This document shows positions 22,025 to 34,430 of a stretch of 64,000 nt of DNA, one piece after another. Origin of the DNA: Chiloscyllium plagiosum (lineage: Eukaryota). The notes beneath the pieces are model-generated. The model saw nothing but the letters and a program-made list of their open reading frames with translations, was not told the origin of the DNA and made no database searches. The position numbers and the translations under genes are program-made. The stretch is taken from assembly GCF_004010195.1 (NCBI RefSeq), contig NC_057734.1:21357261-21421260 (forward strand), given 5' to 3'. Within the stretch, counting starts at the first letter, position 1. Each line of letters begins with the position of its first letter.

Positions 22025-25000
22025 CTGTAGCATATAAATGCGACAAAGCATGTTAACATAGTTTCCATATTCAAGCATTTAAAAAACTGTATTGGCATTA
22101 TTAAAACTACATTCTAATACTTACCTGCAGACAAGGGAGTGAAAGCAGTATCGTACTGCTTAGGCTCTGTATTTATAGTTAAATTCTTCCACAGAAGAAC
22201 AAACTTGTAACAAGTTGTGTAAAATGGTTAACTGCTCAATGGGAATTTTAGCTGCACCCACTACAGCCCTTCTCCCAAAAGAAAAAAAAACTGCCAACCA
22301 ACCCAAACTTTAAAACATTCTGAATATTTATATTTTATCCTGATCGATTATATGTGTCCTTTCCTTCATCCTCAAATTTATTTCCTTACCCATTGCTTTT
22401 ATTTAGGCATTTAAAAAATAACCTACCAATAATGCACTCATTTCTCAGGTTAAACAGTTTTATTATACTTTTACCCATAACTTTTAAAAAAAAACATAAG
22501 TTTAAATCTACTCCTATAAAAAAAGGTTCAGGTAGGAGAGGACAGCATGTTTGGGAAATTATCCTGTTTTTTGGGAGGAGGAGAAAAGAATCTACACCAA
22601 AGCTGAAACACAGGTCAATACTTTTATAAGGTTATTTCTTAGGGAAACATTAAAAACCACAGTATCTGCTCATAATACAACTTTAGAGTATGAATATGCT
22701 TTCGCTTTGACCAACATTGGCACAGTGTCGTGGAATCCCAATTTACAATAACAGTGTAGGAGAAATATAGCTGTTGTCTCCCAAACTATAACGATTTTTA
22801 AGACTGGTGCCCCAGTGCAAGAGTTTTCACACAATCTAGGGAACAAATGGACGGATGGTCAACAAACTCAATTTCCAACATCTAGACCAACTCCTCTGAC
22901 CCAACCACCCTTGAAACTAATTGTGTCTTCCACCCACACTTGTGCATGGTTCAGAGAGAAATACTAACCACACAACTGTATTTGGTTCAAGAATTCTTTT
23001 TTTTTAAATCAAAAGTTTTAGAAATAGGTCATTGTACATTGACTAAACATGCATCCAACAATTCAAGAATATAAGGATGTATGGACTTGGAGTAGATACC
23101 AGAGACCCTTAAAAATGGATATTTAATACATCTGACCAATGTTGAGAAAATTTTGCAAATCCGTCATTTGCGCCACCACATTTTACTCTAGCTATACTCA
23201 TTTTTCAGAGCAACAAACCTGCTCAAATAACATACATGATTTATGAATAGAGAACAAAAAGAATTTCATTTCTTTCATGTTCAATATTATATTTTAAAAG
23301 CCAGAGGCTCATGTTGGGATACAAACCCGCAGGTGCTGGAAACCATATTACCTCACTGAAGTAACCAAATTATGTTGTGATTAAAAGAGAGCAAAAGCTG
23401 ACAAGCTGCACAACCACAGAAGGGCAGTATAGCAGAGCTGGTTCTGCTCCACAACTGACATTCATGCTCTCCAGCAAGAGCACAATCTCTGGCTGATACA
23501 TTTCCCTAGCCCAAGGAGATGGAGCAATTTTTAGTGCCGCATTGTTACACTGTTTGAAACCAGTTAACTCAGCACCAACCACTGATAAGACTTTTGGGTT
23601 AGCATATTGTGTGCAGCTCAGCCACTCACCATGTATACATTTACCCACAAGTGGTTTTTAAATATAGCCCAATAAGTCACATTTACATTTAAATATCAAT
23701 ACATCAACATTTCATATAGGTATCCTTTAGATACTTGCAGGGCATTTAGTCATTAATAAATGTTACCAATGTGGGAAACTAAGTCATTTTCCACATGCCC
23801 ATCAGATGAGCATTTAAATTTTCTTTAACAGAACCAGTGGTTAAAATATATTACACCAAACTGCCCTGTTTGGAAGGGTACCACAAAGACTGAGCCATTT
23901 ATGCGTTTTCATTATAACGCACAGAAATGTGGGATGACAGGCAACTTCAGATTTAAAATGGCAGTGCATTAAGTTTTTGTACCTCTGGAGAAACAACATA
24001 CTTACCTTCATTTTTTTCAAATATATATCATGCTGGATTGGCAACTTTGGATTCTTAATTTTTATTGTTATCACGGTAGCAGTAAAATTGGGATACAAAT
24101 GTGCGTGGCAGCATGAATCTAACAGATTTGAAATTGTTGCCCAATCCACTCAAGTGCCAAAACTGCATCTACAAGGATGCCAGGAATCACTCGAACATCT
24201 CTTAAGTGGTCACTAGTATAATACAAGTAACATCCAGTTGCCAGGGTCAGTGGAATTAGAGTATGCATACCCATAGATGTGCATTATGTGTAACCTGGGT
24301 ATCACTATCCAAAGAAAAAAATCTTTAATTTTTTTCAATAAAAGCAGTAACATGCACACCCTTTACCCTCTGGTCACTTCCCTTTCTAAGAGCAATGGCA
24401 TATCAAGGGATAATGTTCTATTGGTGCCAGCAGCTTTCTGATGCATCAACCAAGTGGTCATTCTTAAATATTTGACAGTATTGTTGAAAGCTAATTGTGC
24501 ATTACCCAATTCTTATACCACCATCCCAAAAGGGACACTAGTCAAACAGGAGTAAAATCTTGGCCAATATTTCCTGTGAGCCCTCGCAAAATCAAGGCTG
24601 GTTGCAACATTTATAACATTGGCTAATTTGGTATAAACCAAGGATTAAGACCATATGGCTCAACACCATAATTTACAGGGCATAGACAAACCATCAGAGG
24701 AGTAAAATCTAGACTACTATTAGAATAGCAATCCTGCACCAAGAATGACATTTAGGACGATAGAAGAAGTTTGGTCATAGCAATTCAGTTGATAGGCAAC
24801 CATTTTAAGCAATTAAAATTAAAAAACCCATTTGAGGAGGTTGCTCAATGCTCTGCCTCTAATTCAAGCATATTTTTACATTGTTAATTTTAGTGCAAAC
24901 CCCTTACTGGCAAGTCCAAATTTTAAGAAAAAGACCTGTAAAAAGAACTCTATTTTCCACTGACCCTGCCTATTACTGCAAGGAATATCCCGATAATGCT

Positions 25001-26347
25001 TTCAGCTCCCTTGTTGATTAATATACAAATACAATGGAGTTTTTTAAAATGCAAAGACTATAGGGTTTCCATTGCCCATATTTTCTTAGGCAAAAAGCAT
25101 AAAGGAGCATTTAGGGCTACAGTGATTCATTTACATTACTTAGCACATCACTACACATTTTTAAAAAACATTAGCTTCCTGGCAAATGGAAACCCTATTA
25201 ACTTAAGTCAAGTTAACTTCCAAATGTTGAAGTGAAACCTTTATCATATCCTCCTATATAGAAGCACAGCAACCAGCTAGTTTCTACATTGAGGTTGCTA
25301 GTGAGACAAACAAAATTAGCCACAAGTCAACTAACTTTTATAAATTGCTGCATATATTTTGAAGTAATTAATAATGGCATATGCATAATGCAAAGCCTAT
25401 ACTGGCAAACTGCAAGTAAATGCATATTAAACACTACAAAATGAAACCCAGGCTCCAAACAACCAATTTAACAAGCTTGTAACACTTGTACCCCACAATT
25501 TTGTCATTTAAAAAAAAAATTAATTCACATTCCTCAAATTAAGTAAAATACCCAGATGGAAGGAACCAAGCCTCCCCCCCACCCGCCAACTTTCAAAACA
25601 GGAACTAGATTAATGTTTGAAAACACCAAATTTCAATGTGTAATAAAATCACCCAAGTTTTCATCCACCTTAAAAGATAATCATATTCTTTTATGAAATT
25701 GGATTTTTTTTAAACACTCAAAGCACGTGTTTCAGGATTAAAAGGTTTCACCCAGAAAGGCAATGTCTGATTTATGTGGAGTTAGGTGTTGCTGCATTTT
25801 CATTAAAAATTAATCATTTCATTTAATTAACAGACAATTGGTTCACCAAGTTTTAAATAGTTTCCAACTGCAAATTCCATTAATCTGCTGATTTTACGAA
25901 GTATTTAAAAGCAGTCACAAAGCAAAATTAAGAGTACATCTATGACTCTGCCTGGACATTTATTTTCTACTTGAGTAGCAATTAGAATAAGCACACTGGC
26001 AAATTATTCCACAGAGGTTGGACATTGCCTTTGGAAAATTAGAACCAGGGCTGAAAATTGCAATCATTTTACTTTTTAAAGATTTGAAAATAATTTTAAG
26101 GTAGACAACTAATTTTTTTTAAAAATATCATGTACAGATATTTACTTTTCAATTAAAAAAACAAGCTTTAGAACCGGAGCATCTGGCTCTCAATGACTGC
26201 AAAACAACTGGAACTTTGCCAGTTCTACCTGAAGGACCTTGTCAAGTACTTCAGAAAAATTCACACTTTCAGCCCAGTATAAGGTAATTGTTGCTTTGGG
26301 GTGACTTTTTGCATTAAAACCTCTCTAAAAGGAAGAGGTCATCTTAC

Positions 26348-26528
26348 CCCATTGCACCTCGTCCACTCCGACCGCCTCTACTGTAACTACTTCCTCTACT
26401 TCCTTGATCATAGCTCCCACGACTTCTGCTCCGGTTGTCAGAGCTACTGGTTGGTGCTCCATAGCTACTCTGGTCTTGTCCATACCCACTCATGCTATTA
26501 GTGGATGGCTGCTCCTGCCTATAAGTAC
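26348..26528 (-). CDS. EWSR1: EWSR1 exon 8 (RGG1)
   Basis: TYRQEQPSTNSMSGYGQDQSSYGAPTSSSDNRSRSRGSYDQGSRGSSYSRGGRSGRGAMG; 181 nt; tag / gtaaga. Confidence 0.94.
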
Positions 26529-26926
26529 CTAGGAAACATTTCAGTAGTTCATTTAACAGAAATTGACCCATTGAAACAATTGATATTTACTTGCTTTGTT
26601 GCAAGACATTGTGAATGTACTTTACTTTGTAATATGCAATAATACCAGTAAAAATGCTACTAGAGGAGAGCTTGATTATACAGAAAAGAGAACAGAATAT
26701 CTATGAGTATTTCAACCACAAGTGAGAAAACATGATTAACCCATTTCTTCAAATGGGAGGTACCCCTTCCAAGTTTACTGAATGATAGCCTGTCTTGCAC
26801 TGGCTTCCTTTCCCATTGACTGGATTAGACAACTGGTCTAACTTAACAAGGCATTATAAAACATTAAGGCTGGAGATAGGATATAGTCACCACTAAGTGA
26901 TAGAGAGACAAAATACTTCCACTTAC

Positions 26927-27123
26927 TGTACTGGCTTTGTTGGCTGTAATCAGTCTGCTGTCCATAGCTAGATTGCTGACCAAATCCAGAAGGTGGTTGC
27001 TGCTGGGTGTAGCTTCCAGTTGGTGGTGGTGGTGGTGCATAACTGCTTCCCTGTTGTCCATAACTTGGCTGTTGGCTGTAGGTACTCTGATCATAGCCAG
27101 TTGGTTGAGTAGTGCTACTGTAA
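26927..27123 (-). CDS. EWSR1: EWSR1 exon 7 (SYGQ low-complexity domain)
   Basis: YSSTTQPTGYDQSTYSQQPSYGQQGSSYAPPPPPTGSYTQQQPPSGFGQQSSYGQQTDYSQQSQY; tag / gtaagt. Confidence 0.94.
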
Positions 27124-27629
27124 CTAATTAAAAAAACCTTAGTAAATGGATCAGTATCTGGAGTTCATAAATTTAAAATAAAGTGAACTAGAGGGGAAAC
27201 AGGATATTGCATTATAGGATTACTTAAATCTGGAATGCTTCCCTAATGTGGAATCACATTCTACGAGAAACTTCAAAAGCTGGATGATATTCATGAATAT
27301 GGGTAAAAGCTAGAAAACTAGGCCCAAGAGCTGGTACAAAATGAATGGGTCAAATAACATCCCTTGTGCAGCAAACACAACTTATCAAAAAAAAAAGCAG
27401 AAAAGTACAGTTCTTTGTACAACTGAAATTGGCAAAATAATTTGTATTCTAGTTCCCAAGGTTACCTAACAAGTGACAAAGCAGACCTCAGTTAGATTAG
27501 AGGCAGCACACAGTCTTGCAATGCTTCATAGGGATGTGGCACCTCCTTTACAAGTCTGCCTGCTCACTGCCTGCATAACATGACCTACCGAAGATAGTAG
27601 CATGGACAGAACAGAAACGGTAAGCCAAG

Positions 27630-28030
27630 AGCACGAACAGACCATTTAGCTCTTCCAAGTCTGCTCTGCTATTCGGAGATAGTGGATTATCTCAATGATC
27701 ATATTGTCACTCATACCCCTTGGTGTCATTAAAACTTCCCCCACCCCCCCAAAAAAAAAAATCACTCCAACATATTCAGTGAATTTTCACAGCCTTCTGG
27801 GGAGGTTCCACAGGTTCAATACCTTTGAGTGAAGAAACTTTTCCACCTCAAAAGTGGCCTACCATATATCCTGATAGTGATCCCTCGTTCTAGATGCTGC
27901 TACCAGAGAAAGCCACATCTAATCTGTCAAGCTCTGTGTGAAACAGAATTCTAAACTCCAGTGAAGTAAAGGCCAGTTCAACCCCAATCTCTCCTTCAAT
28001 AGATAAGCTTATAGGTAGAATATACCCAGG
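27630..28030 (-). mobile_element. CR1 LINE 3' fragment, decayed
   Basis: cagccttctg...ttccacaggttca...tgagtgaagaaa...ctagatgct pattern of the CR1 3' end on minus. Confidence 0.55.
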
Positions 28031-28127
28031 AATCCTAAAACTTTAAAAAAAAAATGCTGAAACCTTTAGAGAGAGAATCTGACTGGGCCCAGTTGCCATG
28101 CTTACATAAGACATTCAAAAAGATTAC

Positions 28128-28292
28128 CTTGTAGGAGGAAAAGATGGAGGAGCACTAGGAGGTTGAAGAGGGTAACCACCATGGACACTCATCTGAGGAT
28201 AGCCATAATTTGTTTGGCTGTATCCCAAACTGGACTGGGCATATCCAGTACTTGGTTGGCTATAGTCATCCTGCTTCGTCGTGTCTTGTGCT
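28128..28292 (-). CDS. EWSR1: EWSR1 exon 6 (low-complexity domain)
   Basis: AQDTTKQDDYSQPSTGYAQSSLGYSQTNYGYPQMSVHGGYPLQPPSAPPSFPPT(S); ttttcag / gtaatc. Confidence 0.93.
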
Positions 28293-29035
28293 CTGAAAAG
28301 ACAATTAGACAAGATTAAGGTACCACTTAAAGTACTGTGAAAGAGTCATACTGGTTCACAAATATGGTTGCGTGCATGAAAATGTTGTTGCCTTAAATGT
28401 TAAAATGCTAGGAGGTCAAAAAGCTCTACAATTCTGATTAAATTACTAGAAGTCATTTTTTTCTTTCAACACTTGCACATCATATTGGGGGGGGGGGGTC
28501 ATGTGATCCAAGGGGAGAATTTCTTTTGAACAGTATCAGTCAAGATCAAATTAACAGTCATTTTATGAAGAACTGAGGATGCAAGTGTTCTCCAATTTTG
28601 TGCTTCAAGAATTAAAGAGGTTGAATGTTTTAAGCCACAGGCTAATTCTACATTGCAGATTTATAAACAATTTCAGCACTCAAAACATGCAGCCTTACCA
28701 CCTTAAAATGGTACAATATCAAAACTAGTTATTGAATTAGCAGTCACAATGCAAAACTAAATGCAGGACAAGGTAATTGCACTAAAGGATAGTCAACAAG
28801 TGACAGTGCCTATGGAGAGCACAGTTGGAGGAAAGAGTGGTCAGAAAAATACATCATAGGTATTTTTTGTGCAGGTTGTTCTGTTGCAACATGTTTCGAT
28901 AACATGAATTCCATGTAACAACTGACAAAGTGGGGAGACTTCCTAAGGCACAAACTTTTAAAACGTGTGCCAGCTGTAATGTGCTTACATTACCAACACT
29001 AAGTGCTGTTTGTCAAATGTGATTTTTCTGTAATG

Positions 29036-29535
29036 NNNNNNNNNNNNNNNNNNNNNNNNNNNNNNNNNNNNNNNNNNNNNNNNNNNNNNNNNNNNNNNNN
29101 NNNNNNNNNNNNNNNNNNNNNNNNNNNNNNNNNNNNNNNNNNNNNNNNNNNNNNNNNNNNNNNNNNNNNNNNNNNNNNNNNNNNNNNNNNNNNNNNNNNN
29201 NNNNNNNNNNNNNNNNNNNNNNNNNNNNNNNNNNNNNNNNNNNNNNNNNNNNNNNNNNNNNNNNNNNNNNNNNNNNNNNNNNNNNNNNNNNNNNNNNNNN
29301 NNNNNNNNNNNNNNNNNNNNNNNNNNNNNNNNNNNNNNNNNNNNNNNNNNNNNNNNNNNNNNNNNNNNNNNNNNNNNNNNNNNNNNNNNNNNNNNNNNNN
29401 NNNNNNNNNNNNNNNNNNNNNNNNNNNNNNNNNNNNNNNNNNNNNNNNNNNNNNNNNNNNNNNNNNNNNNNNNNNNNNNNNNNNNNNNNNNNNNNNNNNN
29501 NNNNNNNNNNNNNNNNNNNNNNNNNNNNNNNNNNN
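29036..29535. other. Assembly gap (exactly 500 N); likely hides EWSR1 exons 1-5, the bidirectional promoter and the RHBDD3 5' exons
   Basis: N run between EWSR1 exon 6 and an internal RHBDD3 exon; no CpG island or missing exons seen on either side. Confidence 0.85.
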
Positions 29536-30079
29536 GATGGTGCTGCTGATGTTGGAAAATAAACCCAAACTGTAGCAGTGGCAGATGCTGAACTGCTCAT
29601 AAAAGTAACAATGAAAAGTTTGCTAACAAAGCAAATCATGTAGACTATTTTACGTAAGTTCATCAGCTGACCTGATGATTATTCATTTACATTAAACATA
29701 ATCTTCCTAAGAAAAAATGATTCTTGGAGTGGACCATTGCACCACAGAAGGAACTTGCTTGGGAGTGGTTGTAAACAATCATTTCAATGTTAATTAGTTC
29801 GTGATTAATAATACAAAAGTGAGAAGTTTGTTGACCCTAATCACTTTAATAGCTTCAGAGATTGTTTCTATGTTTTTACAAGTTCCTATCACAGTGGCTT
29901 GAGTAGAAGTGTGAATTCACTTGTTGACACTTCTTGCAAAAACAAAAGCAAAATACTCAGCCTTGGAAATATAAACTAAAAACAGAAAATACAAAGGTAT
30001 GAAGTAGGAGTAAGACATTTTGCCCATCAAACCAGCTCCATTATTTGATAAAATCATAGCTGATCTGAATATTAAAAAT

Positions 30080-31035
30080 CACACTACACCAGGTTATAGT
30101 CCAATAGGTTTATTTGGAAGCACCAGCTTTCGGAGCGCTGCTCCTTCAGCAGGTGATTGTGGAGAACAAGATCGTAAGACACAGAATTTATAGCAAAATT
30201 TTTCAGTGTGATGTAACTGAAATTGCGAATTGAAAAAGACCTGGATTGTTTGTTAAGTCTCTCATTTGTCAGACTTAAACCCCTTGAACTCTCACACATG
30301 CACACCCACATGTACACATATAAGTTTGTGGGTGAATTTGTACTTGCAGAATTACATTTTACTTTGCTCAAAAACTGCATGAATCCATGTAAGATTCTGT
30401 AAATCCATTTTTTAGATTAGAATCAGTCTGATCATTGTGGCACAGACAGCCTCACAGGGAGTTAACACCTTTAATACCTTATCTGGGCCGACATGACACC
30501 AATTGTTAAAGTGCACTGGAGAATGTAACTTTTTAAAAAAGTTTTGTGATTTACATATGAAAGAACTGAAACCAACATGGTCATTCTAAAAGATGAAAGA
30601 CTTAAACAATCCAGGTTTTTTTTAATATATGATTTCAGTTACATCGCACTGTAAACCTTTGCTATAAATTCTGTGTCTTACAATCTTTTATCCACAATCC
30701 CCCTAGTGCTTCCAAATAAACCTGTTGGACTTTAACCTGGTGTGGTGTGATTTTTAACTTTGTACACCCCAGTCCAATACCGGTCAGTTTGCCAGATCTG
30801 AATGTTGGCAAAGGCCCAGTAGATCACACACTATCTGTGGAGAGTTTAAAAAAGCACAGCACCAGGTTATAGTCCAACACGTTTATTTGGAAGCACAACA
30901 CTTGGAGCGCTGGTGAAGAAGCATCGCTTCGGAAGCTAGTGCTTCCAAATAAACCTGTTGGACTATAACCTGGTGTCATGCAATTTTTTTTAACTTTGTA
31001 CATCCCAGTCCAATAGCGGGACCTCCAAATCATAT
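30080..31035. mobile_element. Two adjacent Penelope-derived repeats with inverted termini
   Basis: Each begins caccaggttatagtccaa.a.gtttatttggaagcac and ends with the reverse complement gtgcttccaaataaacctgttggact.taacctggtg (30080-30785; 30855-31035). Confidence 0.78.
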
Positions 31036-33090
31036 CTGTGGAAAGAGAAATAGACATTCTGTTTTAGGATAATGACTTTTTACCAGATTGAGAAGTTGTT
31101 AGAAATGCACAATGCTTAGCATGGAAAGGGGGAGGGGAAGGAAAGAACAATAGCGCAAATGTTTGAGAGGGTGGATGGCCATAGTGATTAAATCACAAAA
31201 GAGCAAATGACAGAGTGCTCTGGGTCATGCTTTTGAACTGACTGGAGATGTTCAGCTAAGCAATCATCAATCAGCATTGCTGAAAAGAGAGAGATATCGC
31301 TGAAGCTTTCTGCCTTGCACTCAACACAATAAATATAAGAATGCCAAGTTTAAAATGATTGGAACAGTTGATACCACAGGAGAAACGTGGTGTGGAAAGT
31401 TGACAAGTAGGCAATAATTGACTGAGGCATTTGCCACGGAGAAAGCAATGGAGAACATTAGAAGTAGGAGGAGGCCTGCCCAGCTTCTTGAACGTATTCT
31501 GCCATTTGCTATGACCATGATCTTTAAAACTGGATGCTGCTGACGAGCTTTGCAAGGTTGGTGATCATGCGGTTAAACCGCAATCACAAAAACAGAAGGC
31601 ACTGGAAAGGCTCATTGAGTCTGCTTTTTCTCCAGAGATGCTGCCAGATCTGCTGAGTTTTTTTCAGTGACCATTCAGAATCTGCTTTGGTAATCTCTAA
31701 AACTATGTAGACCTGTGTAAAGCCAGAAGAACAAGAGCAAAAAGCATGAAATATTGAGTAAAGCCCAAAGTAGGCTTAAATGATAATGATAGAATAGTAT
31801 TGATGGAAGGGAAGCATTAACGTTTTGGCAGGATTAGATTTAGGTTTAAATTTTATTGTCTTGTGAAAAGTGTATAATGTCACACCGCATGGCACTATCT
31901 TAGGTACAAAAGTACTTCGATACAAAAAACTTTAAGTACAGGTAGTAAAAGAAACGCAAGTTTAAAAAGTTAAGCATTATCTTTATAGAATAAGTGGAAA
32001 AATAAAAAAATAAGACAATAGTTAACATTAAAGTCCTTAATATAAATGACAAAAATAAAGGAATAAAGTTAAAAGTTCTTTGAACTAATTATATAAGATG
32101 TTTCCATGGCTAAAGAATATGGTAGAGAAAGGTGAGTATGCCACAGGGAGATATAGGCCATTCGACCAACCAAGGGATCTTCAGTGTAAATATGAACCCA
32201 CACTTCCTCCATTCCTCAAACCTTAATTAGGGCTTATTTTCTCTCCAGAAAGAGATTCTGACTCTGTTAGGAAGGAGTGGGTCGCAGCACAAAATGAGAT
32301 TATTGTTAGGCAAATGATATGGAGCTTTAGCAGGTGAGTGAAGTTGAAGTACAGATTATTCCATTGCTATTGCAAAGCAGGCTCATAGGCTGAAAGGCCA
32401 ACTATTGTTCCAAACATTTTAACACAGTGGCCCCACATATTTGAATAAATATCAAAGCAAACAAATATGTATGTGCCCTGCTTAGAACATAAAACGTTCT
32501 AGCGCCCTTTGACCCTCGATGTTATGCTGTCTGTGAAATCAATCTGAAGCCCATCCAACCTACACTATTCCATTCTCATCCATATGCCTATCCAATGACC
32601 ATTTAAATGCCCTTAAAGTTGGTGAGTCTACTACTGTTGCAGGCAGTGCATTTCTCCCCTACTACTGAGTAAAGAAACTACCTCCTGACATCTGTCCTAT
32701 ATCTATCACCCCTCAATTTAAAGCTATATCCTCTCGTGCTAGCCATCACCATCCAAGGAAAAAGGCTCTCACTGTCCACCCTATCTAACCCTCTGATAAT
32801 CTTATATGTCTCAATTAAGTCACCTCTCAACTTCCTCCTCTCTAACGAAAACAGCTTCAAGTCCCTCAGCCTTTCCTCGTAAGACCTTCCCTCCATACCA
32901 GGCAACATCCTAGTAAATCTCTTCTGAACCCTCTCCAAAGCCTCCATATCCTTCCTAGAATGTGGCCAGAACTGTGTGCAGTACTCAAAGTGCGGCCACA
33001 CCAGAGTTTTGTACAGCTGCAGCATGACCTCTTGGCTCCGAAACTCAAACCCTGTACTAATAAAAACTAACAGACCGTACACCTTCGTAT

Positions 33091-33410
33091 GGGCGGCACG
33101 GTGGCACAGTGGTTAGCACTGCTGCCTCACAGCGCCTGAGACCCGGGTTCAATTCCCGCCTCAGGCGACTGACTGTGTGGAGTTTGCACGTTCTCCCCGT
33201 GTCTGCGTGGGTTTCCTCCGGGTGCTCCGGTTTCCTCCCACAGTCCAAAGATGTGCAGGTCAGGTGAATTGGCCATGTTAAATTGCCCGTAGTGTTAGGT
33301 AAGGGGTAAATGTAGGGGTATGGGTGGGTTGCGCTTCGGCGGGTCGGTGTGGACTTGTTGGGCCGAAGGGCCTGTTTCCACGCTGTAATGTAATCTAAAT
33401 CTAAAATCTA
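33091..33410 (+). mobile_element. HE1-type SINE, full length, young
   Basis: gggcggcacggtggcacagtggttagcactgctgcctcacagcgcc..gggttcaattcc head; CpGs intact; aatcta tail. Confidence 0.95.
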
Positions 33411-33449
33411 ACCCTATCAACCTGGGTGGCAAATTTCAAGGATCTATGT

Positions 33450-33750
33450 ACGGTGGCTCAGTGGTTAGCATTGCTGCCTCACAGCACCAGGGTCCCAGGT
33501 TCGATTCCAGCCTTGGGAGACTGTGTGGAGTTTGCATATTCTCCCCGTGTCTGCGTGGGTTTCCTCCGGGTGCTCTGGTATCCTCCCGCAGTCTAAAGAT
33601 GTGCAGGTCAGGTGAATTGGCCATGTTAAATTGCCCATAGTGTTAGTGCATTAGTCAGAGGGAAATCGGTCTGGGTGGGTTACTCTTCGGAGGGTTGGTG
33701 TGGACTTGTTGGGCCAAAGGGCCAGTTTCCACACTTAGGGAATCTAATCT
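33450..33750 (+). mobile_element. HE1-type SINE
   Basis: Same head, core and tail as the 33091 copy. Confidence 0.93.
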
Positions 33751-33824
33751 ACGTGGACACCGAGATCTCTCTGCTCATCTACACTACCAAGAATCTTTCC
33801 ATTCTTTCTGCTGTGTTTGAATTC

Positions 33825-34430
33825 TTGATTAGAGTTCAGCATGGAAACAGATTACTCGTTCCAACTTGTCCACACCAACCAGATATCCTAAATTAATCTA
33901 GTACCATTTGCCAGCACTAGGCCCATATCCCTTTAACCCTTCCTATTCATATACCCATCCAGATGCCTTTTAAATGTTGTAATTGTACCAGCCTCCACCA
34001 GTTCCTGTGGCAGCTCATTCCATACATGTACCACCTTCTAAGTGAAAAAGTTGCCCCTTAGATCCCTTTTAAATCTTGCTACTCTTACCCTAAACCTATG
34101 CCCTCTACATCTGGACACCTCCACCCCAGGGAAAAGATCTTTTTTATCTTATCTATGCCCCTCATGATTTTATAAACCTCTACAAGGTCACCTGTCAGCC
34201 TCCGATGCTCCAGGGAAAACAGCCCCAGCCTATTCAACCTCTCCATACAGGTCAAATCTTTCAACCCGGGCAATATCCTTGTATTTCTTTTCTGAATCCT
34301 TCAAGTTTCAAAACATCCTTCCATAGGAGGGAGACTAGAATTGCACACAATATCCCAAAAGTGGCCTAACCAATGTCCTAAAAAGCTGCAACATGACCTC
34401 CCAACTCCTACACTCAATGCTTACTCTAAT
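33825..34430 (-). mobile_element. CR1/HER1 LINE 3' fragment
   Basis: ORF 34085-34273 ERLNRLGLFSLEHRRLTGDLVEVYKIMRG plus 3' tail. Confidence 0.9.

Larger units (their letters stand above)
32480..33810 (-). mobile_element. CR1 LINE ORF2 3' fragment interrupted by two HE1 SINEs
   Basis: ORF 32678-33082 ([40 protein letters not shown]) is the CR1 RT C-terminus; the LINE resumes at 33410-33450 and 33750-33810. Confidence 0.92.

Noticed and set aside
31380-31560. Candidate RHBDD3 first coding exon ending tgcaag|gttggt
   Set aside because: No similarity to the RHBDD3 N-terminal TM segment and stops in the required frame.
33091-33165. tRNA-like sequences (also 20409, 33450, 42869, 60768)
   Set aside because: SINE heads continuous with SINE bodies, not tRNA genes.
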